A DNA stretch of 64,000 nucleotides from Macrostomum hystrix (lineage: Eukaryota; Animalia; Platyhelminthes): contig CATNEN010000038.1 in the NCBI GenBank assembly GCA_950097015.1, positions 14,756,001 to 14,820,000 on the forward strand, in the 5' to 3' direction. Both the position numbers and the translations under genes were made by a program. Every line of letters starts with the position of its first letter. Position 1 is the stretch's first letter. Positions 1 to 12,416 of the stretch are shown one piece after another. A model generated the notes under the pieces. It made no database searches. It was not told where the DNA came from and was given only the letters and a program-made list of their open reading frames with translations.

Positions 1-287
1 CTTGGCAGCGTGAACGCACTGTCCGGAATGTGTCCCTGACAGTCAACAGGGCTCTTAAGCGGAAGGGCGAAGCGGAGACTGCGATCTCAACACTAGCGAG
101 AGTGTCAGCTGATGCTTCACATGGACAGAAGGATAAAATGTTCGATAGGACGCCGAGCATGTATACCGGTTGCTCATTCCAGCACTGCACTATTAACTTT
201 ACGAAGTGATGCTCTTATTGTCATCCATACGATGAATGGATGTTGTATGGTGACGATGGGGTGACGATGGGGACGATGAATGGATAA

Positions 288-592
288 GAGGTTGTAGCCT
301 AGTGGTTAGGGCGTCGGACTCACGACTTGAAGGTCGGGGGTTCGATTCCCGACTCCACTGGAACAATTTGCGTCCTTTAGCAAGACACTTAAGTCTGCAT
401 TGCTTCAGTTCACCCAGCTGTTAAATGGGTACCAGCATCAGCTGGGATAATTGAAGGTGGGTGTGGCGTCCCCCCAGTCCGTGGACTGAACAGCCTTACG
501 CAGCCTTCAGATGCGCCGCGCAATAGCTGCGGCTGTGCTGTCGGCTGCACATCTGACCCCATTGGGGCAGGTGTAATCAATTATTAATTAAT
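288..592 (+). mobile_element. tRNA-derived CORE-like SINE (family 1)
   Basis: A box TAGCCTAGTGG and B box GGTTCGATTCC. The central segment tgcgtcctttagcaagacacttaa...cttcagttcacccagctgttaaatggg aligns with the MIR/CORE consensus. AT-rich tail; further copies at 38041 and 44905. Confidence 0.85.
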
Positions 593-1001
593 TTTACGAT
601 GAAAGACACTTTGTCTTATTGTTTATTACTGTATCATGTTTTTAAGTTCCTTAGTTGTAATAATAAATAATATACACAGTTGTATAAAACACAGCATTAT
701 ATGAAAAGAATTGTCTATAGTTGAAATATTTTTTCAGCGATAAACAATAACAAAATAGTCCGAGTCATTATTATTCTCTTGCGTAGATGTACAATAGTCT
801 ATGGCCAAGCCAAGCCAAGCTCACGCGCTATGCTTAAGATTTATCGACTAAGCCACAGCGTGTACAGTCAGTCAATATTAAAGCAACAAAAGCAACACCC
901 TTGTGCCACGAACAAAAGAATATATTTTCAAAGATTTAATATTTAAATTCTGCCAATTTAAAATACATCGAAAATAATCGAAACTTCAAACGCCAGTCGA
1001 C

Positions 1002-3704
1002 ATGTCCGAAGAACTTGACACGCCAGACAGCTCAACCACCGAGCGATTCATGCGGATGCAGCTCTCGCAAACTGTTCCGCAGTTATCGGTTGACAAACAT
1101 CCGACCGCGACCAGCTTACCAGAGCCGGAAGATCTTGACGAGCTGATCGAGCAGATCGTCAGCTCAGATCCGCCGACTAGATTCTTCGGCGTTCAGAGCC
1201 TGCGACGCCGAGTCTCGGAGGATCGCGACATGTCCTACTCGCGCCTGCTGCACAGCAAAGCCTTCGATGTCATTGTCGAAGGCCTGGGCAATAAAGAGCT
1301 GCCGGATATGCAATACGAATGCTCCTGGGTGCTGACGAACCTGCTGTCTGGCAGGCAGGAGAAATATGACCTGCTGGATCGAGGCGGTCTCTGCCAGCCG
1401 TTGGTAAACCTACTCTCTGGGGCGTCTAGCGCATTGACCGACAATCGCACCAGAGAACAGGTCTGCTGGGCTCTGGCTAACATCGTCGGGGAAAGCGCGG
1501 AATGGCGCGACCAGACATTGGTCTGCGGCCTCCTGCCAGCCCTGACAACCCTGCTGGAATCTCGGCCATCGTCAGGAATCCTGGAGGCCACTTCGCTGCT
1601 TCTGGTGAACATGTTTCGCGATAAGGAGCCCCGCGTCAGCTTTGAAGTAGCCAAAGCGCTCCTGCCCTACATCACCCAGCTGATGGAGCACCCGTACAGG
1701 CGAGTCAGAGAATTAAACTGGCAGCCCTAGACCTTCATCTCCAGACCGTTCAACCCTCCATCTCTCTTCCCGTTAACCCTGCTAACTTTAACCCTATTCC
1801 TTCATTCCTAATTGCATTCCCCAGGTCGCTGTTGCCGCACCTGCTGTGGGCAATGTCCTACCTAATCGAGGACAGCGAGCCCAGAGCCAGCCTCTTGCTA
1901 CGCGAGGACATCCTCAATCAGCTGCGCGATTGTCTTAGCAGTCGCGACGAGAACATCTTGATTCCAGCCTTGCGAGTATTCGGCAACATCGCCTCGTCTA
2001 TGACCCTGCTGCCGAACAGTGTCCTATCCAATGGTGTACTGACAAAGATGCGTCCCCTATTGGACAATGGCAATGCCAAGGTTCGAATCCAGGTGCTGTT
2101 CTTTGTTAGCATTGTGTCAGATGGGCCGGACTCCTATCTAAACCAGATTGCTCAGGAGGACTTCCTGCGCCGAGTCGGCATCATCCTGCTGGAAGCCGAC
2201 GACAGGGAGAGGCGGGAGGCATTCTGGATTGTGCCTAATTTTGTCATCACCAGGGGCAACAAGTTTGTAAGCGATGGCTTATTTAATTTATTTAAATCTA
2301 CCATTTTTCTGAATTTAAACTTTTAATGTCATTTTATTACTAAGTTTCCCGAAATCTCTTTTTTTACCCAAAATCTCATTTTTACCAGAAATCTCATTTT
2401 TACCCGAAATCTCATTTTTACCCGAAATCTCATTTTTACTCGAAATCTCATTTTTACCCGAAATCTCATTTTTACCCAAAATCTCATTTTTACCCAAAAT
2501 CTCTTTTTTTACCCAAAATCTCTTTTTTACCCAAAATCTCATTATTAGCCGAAATCTCATTATTGCCCAAAATCTCTTTTTTTACCCAAAATATCCTTTT
2601 CTACCCGAAATCTCATTTTTACCCTAAATCTATTTTTTACCCGAAATCTCTTTTTTACCCAAAATCTCATTATTACCCAAAATCTATTTTTTACCCGAAA
2701 TCTCTTTTTTACCCGAATTTTTTTTATCCGAAATCTCATTATTACCCAAAATCTCTTTTTTACCCAAAATATCTTTTTCTACCCGAAATCTCATTTTTAC
2801 CTAAAATCTCATTATTACCCAAAATCTCTTTTTTTTACCCAAAATATCTTTTTCTACCCGAAATCTCATTTTTACCCGAAATCTCCCTTTTACCCGAAAT
2901 CTCCCTTTTACCCGAAATCTCCCTTTTACCCGAAATCTCCCTTTTACCTGAAATCTCCCTTTTACCCGAAATCTCTTTTTACCCGAAATCTCCCTTTTAC
3001 CTGAAATCTCCCTTTTACCCGAAATCTCCCTTTTATTGAAAGCTCTATTTTTTCCGAAATCTCCCCCTTTCACCCGAAATTTCTCCCTTTTACCCGAAAT
3101 CTTCATTTTCCCGAAATCTTACTTTTACCTGACATCTCCCTTTCGTCTTGAGCTACGAAGTTTACCCTTTCTTAGAATCGATCCCGTTTCCAGGAATTTC
3201 ACATGTCCCGAAATCTTTCGCTTAACTAAATCTCTCCCTTTTCCCACAATATTTCGGAAAATGTCGCTACAAAATATTATATTTTCCCGAAATCTTCTTT
3301 ATTTTGCTTTTTAACCGGACCCGCAGAAGGACCTCGTGATTGAACACTGCCTCGAAGGCTTCCTGTGCATCCTCGACTTAAAAGACACTGAACTCACCCA
3401 CTGCATCCTGCTCAGTGTGCGCGAACTGCTCATCAGCGCTCTGAGACGGAAGCCGGAAGACAACGGCAAAAGTTTTGAGTCGTTGCGTGAAAAAATTCGT
3501 CGCAGCGGCGGTCTGAAGAAAATTGAAAATGTTCAGGGCATGTCAGACAATGATCTGTCCAAGATGAGCTACCAGATTATCGATCATTTCTTCTGGCACG
3601 ACGGAGAAAAATATGAACAGGACAAGCCGGATACCGCGGTCTTGGACAAAGGCGGCAAAACTGTTGAACTTACTGCGGAGGAATTCACGACGGCCAACGA
3701 ATAA
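1002..3704 (+). CDS. Importin-alpha-like ARM-repeat protein, divergent, ~505 aa; exons 1002-1699, 1825-2266, 3327-3704
   Basis: ARM motifs QYECSWVLTN, EQVCWALANIVG, WAMSYL, PALRVFGNI, REAFWIVPN and GGLKKIE. Exon phases join in frame. Confidence 0.85.
2345..3110. repeat. ~18-bp minisatellite (acccgaaatctcattttt) in importin intron 2
   Basis: Direct tandem copies. Confidence 0.95.
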
Positions 3705-4923
3705 GCGGAAATGGCTGGCGATGAGAAACCGACTGTGGAAGCTTGATACATAGTAGTTGATAATTTGCACTCCAGTAACTGAACTATAGCACGGCCAGCT
3801 CTTTTAGTTTTTTTAAGCCGTTTATACTAATAGCATATACCTCACAGCGCGACAACAAGTAGCCAGCCTAAATGCCTCATAAAACTATTTTCATTGTAGA
3901 ACAATATACATATATAAGATTGAGAATATTTTGCCACGATACTAATTGTCGATTGTCAAGCAATTCATAGTTGACACTGCATACAGTCTAGTCTCTTTTT
4001 TACGACTATTAACGATTCTTTATCTTGAATGTATCGATAAAAATACCCGAAGGCTGATGGTCATAAGAGACAGATCAACTCCGGCTGTTGTGTAGTAATA
4101 GTCGTGAAGAATATGAAATGGATTTGTGACGGTGTAACCTTAGGTAGTTTAATTGCTTATTTCTTTTATAGTAATTCGCTACAGATTGGTAGAATCTGGA
4201 ATCCAAATTGATTTGTTTAAAAGTTTAGAAATTATAGTTTAAAAGCCGGTGAAAAAAATATTTACTGGTTCTGAAGTGAACTTTAAATATTTTAAATATT
4301 TATTTGCAATATGCAATACCTCGCACAAAAAAATTGATGTTAATTGTTTTTTTACTGTTTGTTTATACAAATAACTAGCTTAACAAATTAAGATTCAAAC
4401 TTTATAAAACCGGACGAAAAGTAATTGAAACTAATATTTTTTACGAACCGATTAACTATAAATTGTCAACTCTATTTGCCACGCAAACATAAACTTTATT
4501 TTTATATTTGAAGTGCGAAAGCATAATCGTCCAAGCGACCCAGAAATCGATAGCTGGATAGTCATTTTGTTTAGAGGATTAGTTTCAAAGCGTTTTTTAA
4601 AATCCAATTTAACTTCTTCTCTTATCAGATGCTAGAAAACCTTGGCTAGAAAAATTTATTTAGAAGCGGATTCGAACGGAACTATTTCAGACTCGATAAA
4701 AAAATTATCATTATTAGGATAAAGTAAAATAAACGTTAAAGGTATTTAAAGCAGCGAGAGAGTTTCAAAAAGACAATGTTCATATTTAACTGCTATTATT
4801 AAGCTACTTATAGTAATACCTAGAAATATAATTAATCATTTTAACGCTTCTTCAAGCCGCATTCGTTGAGAGGCACTTGGATATCTGGCTCGAGTCGCGA
4901 AATTGCTGGCCATTGCTTTGAGT

Positions 4924-6038
4924 TCACTCTGAGTTCATCAGCTTGTAGAACTCTGCAAAGTTAAAATGATAAAATTTCACATGATCATTCATTATAAAAT
5001 CAGTATGTTGCCGATTTTTACGCACGGTACGTTGTTCAGATTAAAAAATTCATAAAAAAGCAAATAAACTGTTAACAAAGATTTTTAATGAATTGTATCT
5101 TCCAAAGAAACTTCACTTCAATAAGTTAATTTTTTTAAGAAGTTAACCTTAGTTTCTTTTGTTGCTACATCTATTTAATTTTTAATACTTGCATTCATTA
5201 TTATTGTAATATAAACAAATACACACTGCAATTACTATTTTTAACTAGAAAGTTTAAATTAAAAGAAACAAACCATCGAAATCGACGAATCCTGAACCGT
5301 CGGTATCTGTCTCGCGAATCATATCGTCAATGTCCTCCTCGGTCAGGTCGTCTCCAAGGCTCTTCAATAGCCACCTTGAATAAGACGGTAAGACAAATAA
5401 ACTTTATAACTTGTCTCGCGCCAGATATACTTTTAGTCTACTATAAGTAGGCTAGTCGCAAACGCGATTCACCTAAGATCCTCGACATCGATTTCGCCAG
5501 TCTTCTTCTTGTCTAGGATGCGGAAGGCGTCGCGCAGATCGCGCTCGTCCTGGTCATACTTCAGCTTTTTGCCGAATAGAGTCAGGAAGCCTTCCTGGTT
5601 GATGAAGCCGGTAGCTATTGACGGAGCGGAATGACGTCATCAGTATTACTGCTATTTATAGAAACAGATAAAGAATTCAAAGGTCTCACCGTCTTCGTCG
5701 ACAAGATCGGCCCACTCCTTCAGCTGGTCGGCTTTGGCGTTGAGGTTCAACGCCTTGAATGCCGGTCCAAGGTCCATTGTACTGATGCGGCCCTGGCCTT
5801 TCTTGTCGAACTTCTTGAATGTCTCCTTGGCGGCTGGAAGCAAGGGATGATTAATTTTGTTTGAATTGAATCCTACTCATTGTAAACACTGGCGTAATTC
5901 ACTCACAGTTGACCTTGTCTTCCGGAACAGTGAATTCGTCAACAACGAGGGCCTAAAAGAGAAAGATTTTCAGCTGATCGAATTATTGACTGGTTGCAGT
6001 GCTGATTTGGTATCATAAGCCAATCAGTTACTCACCAT
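4924..6038 (-). CDS. TnC: Troponin C (lophotrochozoan type); exons 6038-6036, 5952-5907, 5833-5690, 5614-5473, 5374-5274, 4952-4924
   Basis: Spliced protein MALVVDEFTVPEDKVNSAKETFKKFDKKGQG...KEWADLVDEDATG...DERDLRDAFRILDK...LRWLLKSLGDDLTEEDIDDMIRETDTDGSGFVDFDEFYKLMNSE closely resembles molluscan TnC. All junctions are in phase. Confidence 0.9.
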
Positions 6039-6689
6039 AATTCTTCCGTTCGCCTTTAGTCTATGGTCAAACTAGCAACAGTTGGAAGAAACTGAACGAA
6101 ACCAGCGGATCTATTCGATGAAGAAAACTTTCAGCTGCGCTGCCCAATGGACCTAGGCAACTGGCTTTGTAAGCAGTCGGTTTGCTGTCGGGCAAGACCA
6201 CTGGAGGATGGGTTGAGGATCTGGTCGCCCTACCGTCTCCCACCTTTCCTCTGCTTGGCTTCCAATCCATTTTTCCAACCTCATGCGAAGTTGTTCTGTA
6301 CGCAGGCAGGCAATAAGCGAAACTATAGGCTTAACCTTTTAGTTTGAACTGCGCACCCCCTAAATCCCTTCCCCACAAGCGTCCTTAAAAATCCCAATGC
6401 GCATCCAAGCCTCCCATTCCCTTTGGAAATGGCGCGCAATCACCCTCGGCCCTCACCTCCGATCCCGAAATTCGGTCTGTTACGAAAAGGGCTTATAGAT
6501 TTTTTTCTGCGAACATTTCTTCATACCGCCATTCCCCCAAACTTTCATCCCAGGTTTAAAGTTGCCAATGCAACCCTGAACTGCTTGCCTCTCACAAAAT
6601 ATGCTGCATGCCATTTTCGAGAGAGAAAAAATCTTTGCCTTCACATCTGTGCCAAAGTTGAAAGCACGACTGAAGCAGCAAATCTCGAT

Positions 6690-7805
6690 GCCATTCTAAC
6701 TATTCCCTTCATCTCATTCTAACTGCTCCCTTCATCTCATTCTAACTGCTCCCTTCATCTCATTCTAACTATTCCCTTCATCTCATTCTAACTATTCCCT
6801 TCATCTCATTCTAACTGCTCCCTTCATCTCATTCTAACTGCTCCCTTCATCTCATTCTAACTGCTCCCTTCATCTCATTATAACTGCTCCCTTCATCTCA
6901 TTCTAACTATTCCCTTCATCTCATTCTAACTGCTCCCTTCATCTCATTCTAACTGCTCCCTTCATCTCATTCTAACTGCTCCCTTCATCTCATTCTAACT
7001 ATTCCCTTCATCTCATTCTAACTATTCCCTTCATCTCATTCTAACTGCTCCCTTCATCTCATTCTAACTATTCCCTTCATCTCATTCTAACTGCTCCCTT
7101 CATCTCATTCTAACTGCTCCCTTCATCTCATTATAACTGCTCCCTTCATCTCATTCTAACTATTCCCTTCATCTCATTCTAACTGCTCCCTTCATCTCAT
7201 TCTAACTGCTCCCTTCATCTCATTCTAACTATTCCCTTCATCTCATTCTAACTATTCCCTTCATCTCATTCTAACTGCTCCCTTCATCTCATTCTAACTG
7301 CTCCCTTCATCTCATTCTAACTGCTCCCTTCATCTCATTCTAACTGCTCCCTTCATCTCATTCTAACTGTTACCTTCATCTCATTCTAACTATTCCCTTC
7401 ATCTCATTCTAACTGCTCCCTTCATCTCATTCTAACTGTTCCCTTCATCTCATTCTAACTGTTACCTTCATCTCATTCTAACTGTTCCCTTCATCTCATT
7501 CTACTGTTCACTTCATCTCATTCTAACTGCTCCCTTCATCTCATTAAAACTGCTCCTTCATCTCATTATAACTGCTCCCTTCATCTCATTCTAACTGCTC
7601 CCTTCATCTCATTCTAACTATTCCCTTCATCTCATTCTAACTGCTCCCTTCATCTCATTCTAACTGCTCCCTTCATCTCATTCTAACTGCTCCCTTCATC
7701 TCATTCTAACTGCTCCCTTCATCTCATTCTAACTGCTCCCTTCATCTCATTCTAACTGCTCCCTTCATCTTATTCTGACTGCTCCCTTCATCTCATTCTA
7801 ACTGA
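6690..7805. repeat. 23-bp minisatellite (cattctaactgctcccttcatct)
   Basis: Direct tandem copies. Confidence 0.95.
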
Positions 7806-8537
7806 TCCTAATATTTCTTTACAAAGAATCTATTCGTTAAATTGTAAATCATATTCCAGGAGAAAAATAGAACTTTTAAATGTTTTTTTCGTCGAGAATA
7901 TCCACTGTTTACTACTTAACGTCTGCTAAAAGTAGTATGCTAGACAAGCCAGCTACAATGACCCATCTGACAAGCTAGCCACAACAACCTTCCATTATTT
8001 TCTCTGAATATGCAGTTCAGAAAAATGTAAAACTACTTTTCATTTGCTGACACCGTTAGAACCCATTATATACAGAAATTAATAAAAGCGAATATTTAAT
8101 CCTACTTAGGTTTTATTTGACCAGGATGTGTGCAAGTTTAAAAGCTATCTGGGCCTAAACCTTTCAGTCCTGTTTGCCCAGCAGAGGTCAGAGATATTAT
8201 TTCCCCAACCAGTCTATTGGAATTGTCTGTCTCTCTTTGCTTTGAGTTAAAACAAGTGGGATTTAAAAAAACAAAGGCGATTACATAATCATGAGTTATA
8301 AGATCGAGAAGCCTTTCCATGATTCCCGTCGTTGGTCTTTGAGTCCTGAGCATTTGAACAGATTTTTATCAACAGATTTGCAATGCTTAACAATGTTAAT
8401 TGAACGGATGAATTTATACTTAAATAATTGGATGAATAAATTAATGGCAAAATATTTAATTAGGGAATATTTTGCCTAGAAAAAGTTTATGTAGGAATCG
8501 GAGGATATGGGAATGGGACGAAGTGTTAATTAGCTAG

Positions 8538-9145
8538 GATGTGGGAATTGAAGGATGCGGGAATTGGAGGATGTGGGAATTGGAGGGTGTGGGAATTGGA
8601 GGGTGTGGGAATTGGAGGGTGTGGGAATTGGAGGGTGTGGGAATTGGAGGGTGTGGGAATTGGAGGGTGTGGGAATTGGAGGGTGTGGGAATTGGAGGGT
8701 GTGGGAATTGGAGGGTGTGGGAATTGGAGGGTGTGGGAATTGGAGGATGTGGGAATTGGAGGGTGTGGGAATTGGAGGGTGTGGGAATTGGAGGATGTGG
8801 GAATTGGAGGATGTGGGAATTGGAGGGTGTGGGAATTGGAGGGTGTGGGAATTGGAGGGTGTGGGAATTGGAGGATGTGGGAAATGTAGAGTGTGGGAAT
8901 TGGAGGGTGTGGGAATTGGAGGGTGTAGGAATTGGAGGGTGTGGGAATTGGAGGGTGTGGGAATTGGAGGATGTGGGAATTGGAGGATGTGGGAATTGGA
9001 GGGTGTGGGAATTGGAGGATGTGGGAAATGTAGAGTGTGGGAATTGGAGGGTGTGGGAATTGGAGGGTGTGGGAATTGGAGGGTGTGGGAATTGGAGGAT
9101 GTAAGAATTGGAGGGTGTGGGAATTGGTGGGTGTGGGAATTGGAG
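8538..9145. repeat. 16-bp G-rich minisatellite (tgtgggaattggaggg)
   Basis: Direct tandem copies; explains the repetitive ORFs in all three + frames. Confidence 0.95.
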
Positions 9146-9644
9146 TGTACGGGATTTGAATATTTGGTATATTAGATTTGATATTTATAGTAGTAGAGAA
9201 GCAAACAAAACATTAATTATTAATGATTGTTTAAGATGTCGAAAAATTTTCTGATGAGGTAGACGACAAGGTAGAATGAAAGCTAGACGATTTGGACACT
9301 AAAACCACACAAGTGACTCTCGACTTATCTCTTTTACTTTTTTGTCAAAGCAACCAGAATAACTAAATGAAGTAATGTCACGAGTTTGACCTCCGAAACA
9401 GTTTTTTCACTGGGTAAGACACACAAAAAGCTGTGTGTGTGCGTGTGTGTGTGTGCAGCATCTTGTAGATTATTTACACAGTGGCTTAATTAAAGAACAG
9501 CAGAAGTTGATGACAAAATTTTTTAGCTATGAAGAAATCTTTGAAACTACTGACACGCGAGATGGTAAAAAATCACTAGGCAGCGAAAACCCTAGCACAG
9601 CTGCAACATATAGCGATAGAAAACCTAGTAAGTTGCAGTGATAG

Positions 9645-10145
9645 CAGATCAAAAGACAGGTAGGATGTGGACTGAAATCAGACCAAAAGACAGGTAAGAT
9701 GTGGACTGAAATCAGACCAAAAGACAGGTAGGATGTGGACTGAAATCAGACCAAAAGACAGGTAGGATGTGGACTGAAATCAGACCAAAAGACAGGTAGG
9801 ATGTGGACTGAAATCAGACCAAAAGACAGGTAGGATGTGGACTGAAATCAAGCAAAAGACAGGTAGATGTGGAATGAAATAAGGCAAAAGACAGGTAGGA
9901 TGTGGACTGAAATCAGACCAAAAGACAGGTAGGATGTGGACTGAAATCAAGCAAAAGACAGGTAGATGTGGAATGAAATAAGGCAAAAGACAGGTAGGAT
10001 ATGGACTGAAATCAGGCAAAAGACAGGTAGGATATGGACTGAAATCAGACCAAAAGACAGGTAGGATGTGGACTGAAATCAGGCAAGAGACAGGTAGGAT
10101 GTGGACTGAAATCAGGCAAAAGACAGGTAGGATGTGGACTGAAAT
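9645..10145. repeat. 33-34-bp minisatellite (caaaagacaggtaggatgtggactgaaatcagac)
   Basis: Direct tandem copies. Confidence 0.95.
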
Positions 10146-10409
10146 CCACATCCACATCCATCCTAAACTTGAAAACTGGTTTAAGAGGGAGGCAAGACTA
10201 ATGATCAAAAGTCAAGTATTGTAAGTTCCGAAAGCAGACAAATTACACGAAGTTGTTCAACCACGAACCAATCAGATTAGTTCACCAGCTTAAACTTGCG
10301 AATAAGTTTTGGAGGATTCAAGCTAGCTCTTATGTCAAAAATTCAAACTATTTATAGAAAAACACAAAAACGAAAAATTTCCCAAGCAAAGAAATTAGCT
10401 TTCAAAGTC

Positions 10410-11384
10410 ATGCTGCTCTCCGTTTGTTTTATTTTTTTGCACCTTTGGCCTGTCCTTTTATCGACCATGAAATCTGTTGAAGCAAACTGCAATGAACCAG
10501 CTTCTAGAGGAGGCAATCGTCGCCTAGTTCGCCAGCTCGTCGAGACAGTCGGTGGTCGGCAGATTCGTCAATTGGTGCGTCTGACGCGGCTACCGTTGGC
10601 TCCCGGCTGCGAGTGGATTTTGACGGAACGGGACGACTTCGAGGATCGGGAACCGGGGGTTCTAGTCGGCGACGCTAGACGGCGATCTAGTTTCGTCACG
10701 GAGCGAGATTCCAACGGTGTCTGCCGAGAGGTGCGAATCGATAGCGAGCCTCAGCAGGCCGGGGGTCGTTGGGTTCGCGAGCCGCTGGCGTTTCCGACAG
10801 TGAAACTCGACAGTCGCCTGGTAGGAAAATGCCGCTATTACCTGGGCGTGGACTGCCGGCAGCATCTGGTCGCCGATTGGGATCACAGACTGGCCTGTCC
10901 ATACACCGTCATCGGGCCGGTGTGCCCGGAGCCGCCGCGTCAAGTCGCTGTTAACCTTGGCGGTAGTCGACTCAATCAGCAGCTGATTCAATTGGACATC
11001 GAGCTGGGCGCAACGTCCAGCTGCGTCTGGGTGCTCGCCGGAGCTCGGCCGGATCGCTGGATCCGCGCCGACGATTGCGCCAGCTGTCGAAGAGTATCGT
11101 CGTCGTCGTCCTCGATCGTCAAATGTCGCCGATTTCGTCAGACAGCTGATAGAACCTCAACTCGCCACTTAGGATGCCGCTATCGACTGGGTCCTGACTG
11201 TCGAATGCACCCGACACATAGTCTAGACCCTCGCCTGCCCTGCGGTGGCAAGGAGGACAGGCGGTCACGCGACTACGGGCTAATGTCATCGTCTGCTTAC
11301 GGAGCTACTGCTACTATAAGTAGTGAACTTCGGGTTTGCTTAGTGGCTTTTCTACTGGCGAAATTTATTATAATAAGGCTTTAA
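10410..11384 (+). CDS. Intronless secreted Cys-rich protein, probably GPI-anchored, with an internal two-fold repeat
   Basis: Long GC-rich ORF. N-terminal signal peptide MLLSVCFIFLHLWPVLL; C-terminal small residues followed by the hydrophobic tail LRVCLVAFLLAKFIII. Start codon chosen by inference. Confidence 0.7.
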   Translation: MLLSVCFIFLHLWPVLLSTMKSVEANCNEPASRGGNRRLVRQLVETVGGRQIRQLVRLTRLPLAPGCEWILTERDDFEDREPGVLVGDARRRSSFVTERDSNGVCREVRIDSEPQQAGGRWVREPLAFPTVKLDSRLVGKCRYYLGVDCRQHLVADWDHRLACPYTVIGPVCPEPPRQVAVNLGGSRLNQQLIQLDIELGATSSCVWVLAGARPDRWIRADDCASCRRVSSSSSSIVKCRRFRQTADRTSTRHLGCRYRLGPDCRMHPTHSLDPRLPCGGKEDRRSRDYGLMSSSAYGATATISSELRVCLVAFLLAKFIIIRL

Positions 11385-12416
11385 GTTTGCGATGCTAAAT
11401 TTTCCTGAAATCTGAGTTAAGTACTGGCTAGGAAATTAATTATTAAATAAGTAGTTGCAAATTTAAAAAAAGAAAATTATATATATAGGTAATACGATAT
11501 AGAAATTTATGATGTAAAGTTACAATTAATTTATACAAAATAAGTTTAACTATTGAGAATACTATACGCTCTGTTCAAAGTAAAGATTTTTTTATATTCA
11601 TTTTTTAACACACAAATTTCGTATTCGTTTAAAGTTTAAAATCCGGCCCGACTTACGTTTCTTTAGAAAAATGTTTGTCGCAATTCCGTTTCGATAATAC
11701 ACATCCATACGTTTCATTGGACTAAACAGATTTAATATCATGTTCTGAGCTCTACGTGCGTTTATTTATTAAATATAATAATCACGTAAATTATGTAAGA
11801 CGGCAAACACTCACAATGCGTGTATATTTATTCAGTAAACTGTGGCAAAATTTGTTTTGTTTTAATACAGAACACAACTGTGCATAGAATTAATGGAAGA
11901 AGTTTTAGTTAAGTCTATGGAAATGTTTTGGTTTAACATTTTGTTATAAACAGTGGCGCTGCAATAATGCAAAAAGTACAAATTTGAGCACAGCCAATAG
12001 AAATGAAGCAGGGAAAGGAAAATTATCGAAAAGGTGCGGGTGTGAAAATCTGAGGAACAGTAAGTTGTTTAAATATCGACAAATAGAATACATATTTATG
12101 AACAAACAAAAAAACTGGTGATGATAAAGCTATGAAAGCTAAAAGTACATCTGCAGTTTAACTAACATGTCTTGTGTTATTTCACATCAATAAGAAAGTT
12201 GCCATTTTGAACGATTTATAATCATCGACGATCAGACCGTGAGATCCTAACAATCTAACTGCATGCAATGGCCGTAAAACATTGTACATGATTTAATATT
12301 AAGAAATGAAAAATTGTCATTTCTAGCATTGTATGATAGTAATAGTTATATTCGATCAATAGCTTTGTTAATCAATTTATTCGAAAGATTAATTTATACT
12401 AAAACTAAAACACAAA

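Noticed and set aside
1-240. Possible LINE 3' remnant
   Set aside because: No motif I can confidently assign; truncated by the window edge.
288-360. tRNA gene
   Set aside because: It has A and B boxes but no proper acceptor stem and runs into a repeated SINE body. The same applies to the other tRNA-like heads.
6690-7805. CRISPR-like arrays (this and the other tandem arrays)
   Set aside because: Contiguous units without unique spacers, no cas genes, eukaryotic context.
8539-9175. Repetitive ORFs (WELEGVGIGGCGN...), and similar ones at 2563, 15325, 31573, 34862 and 34997
   Set aside because: They are translations of minisatellites, often open in several frames and intronic or intergenic.
9251-9290. 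Hammerhead core CTGATGA...GAAA
   Set aside because: No stem II or stem III pairing.
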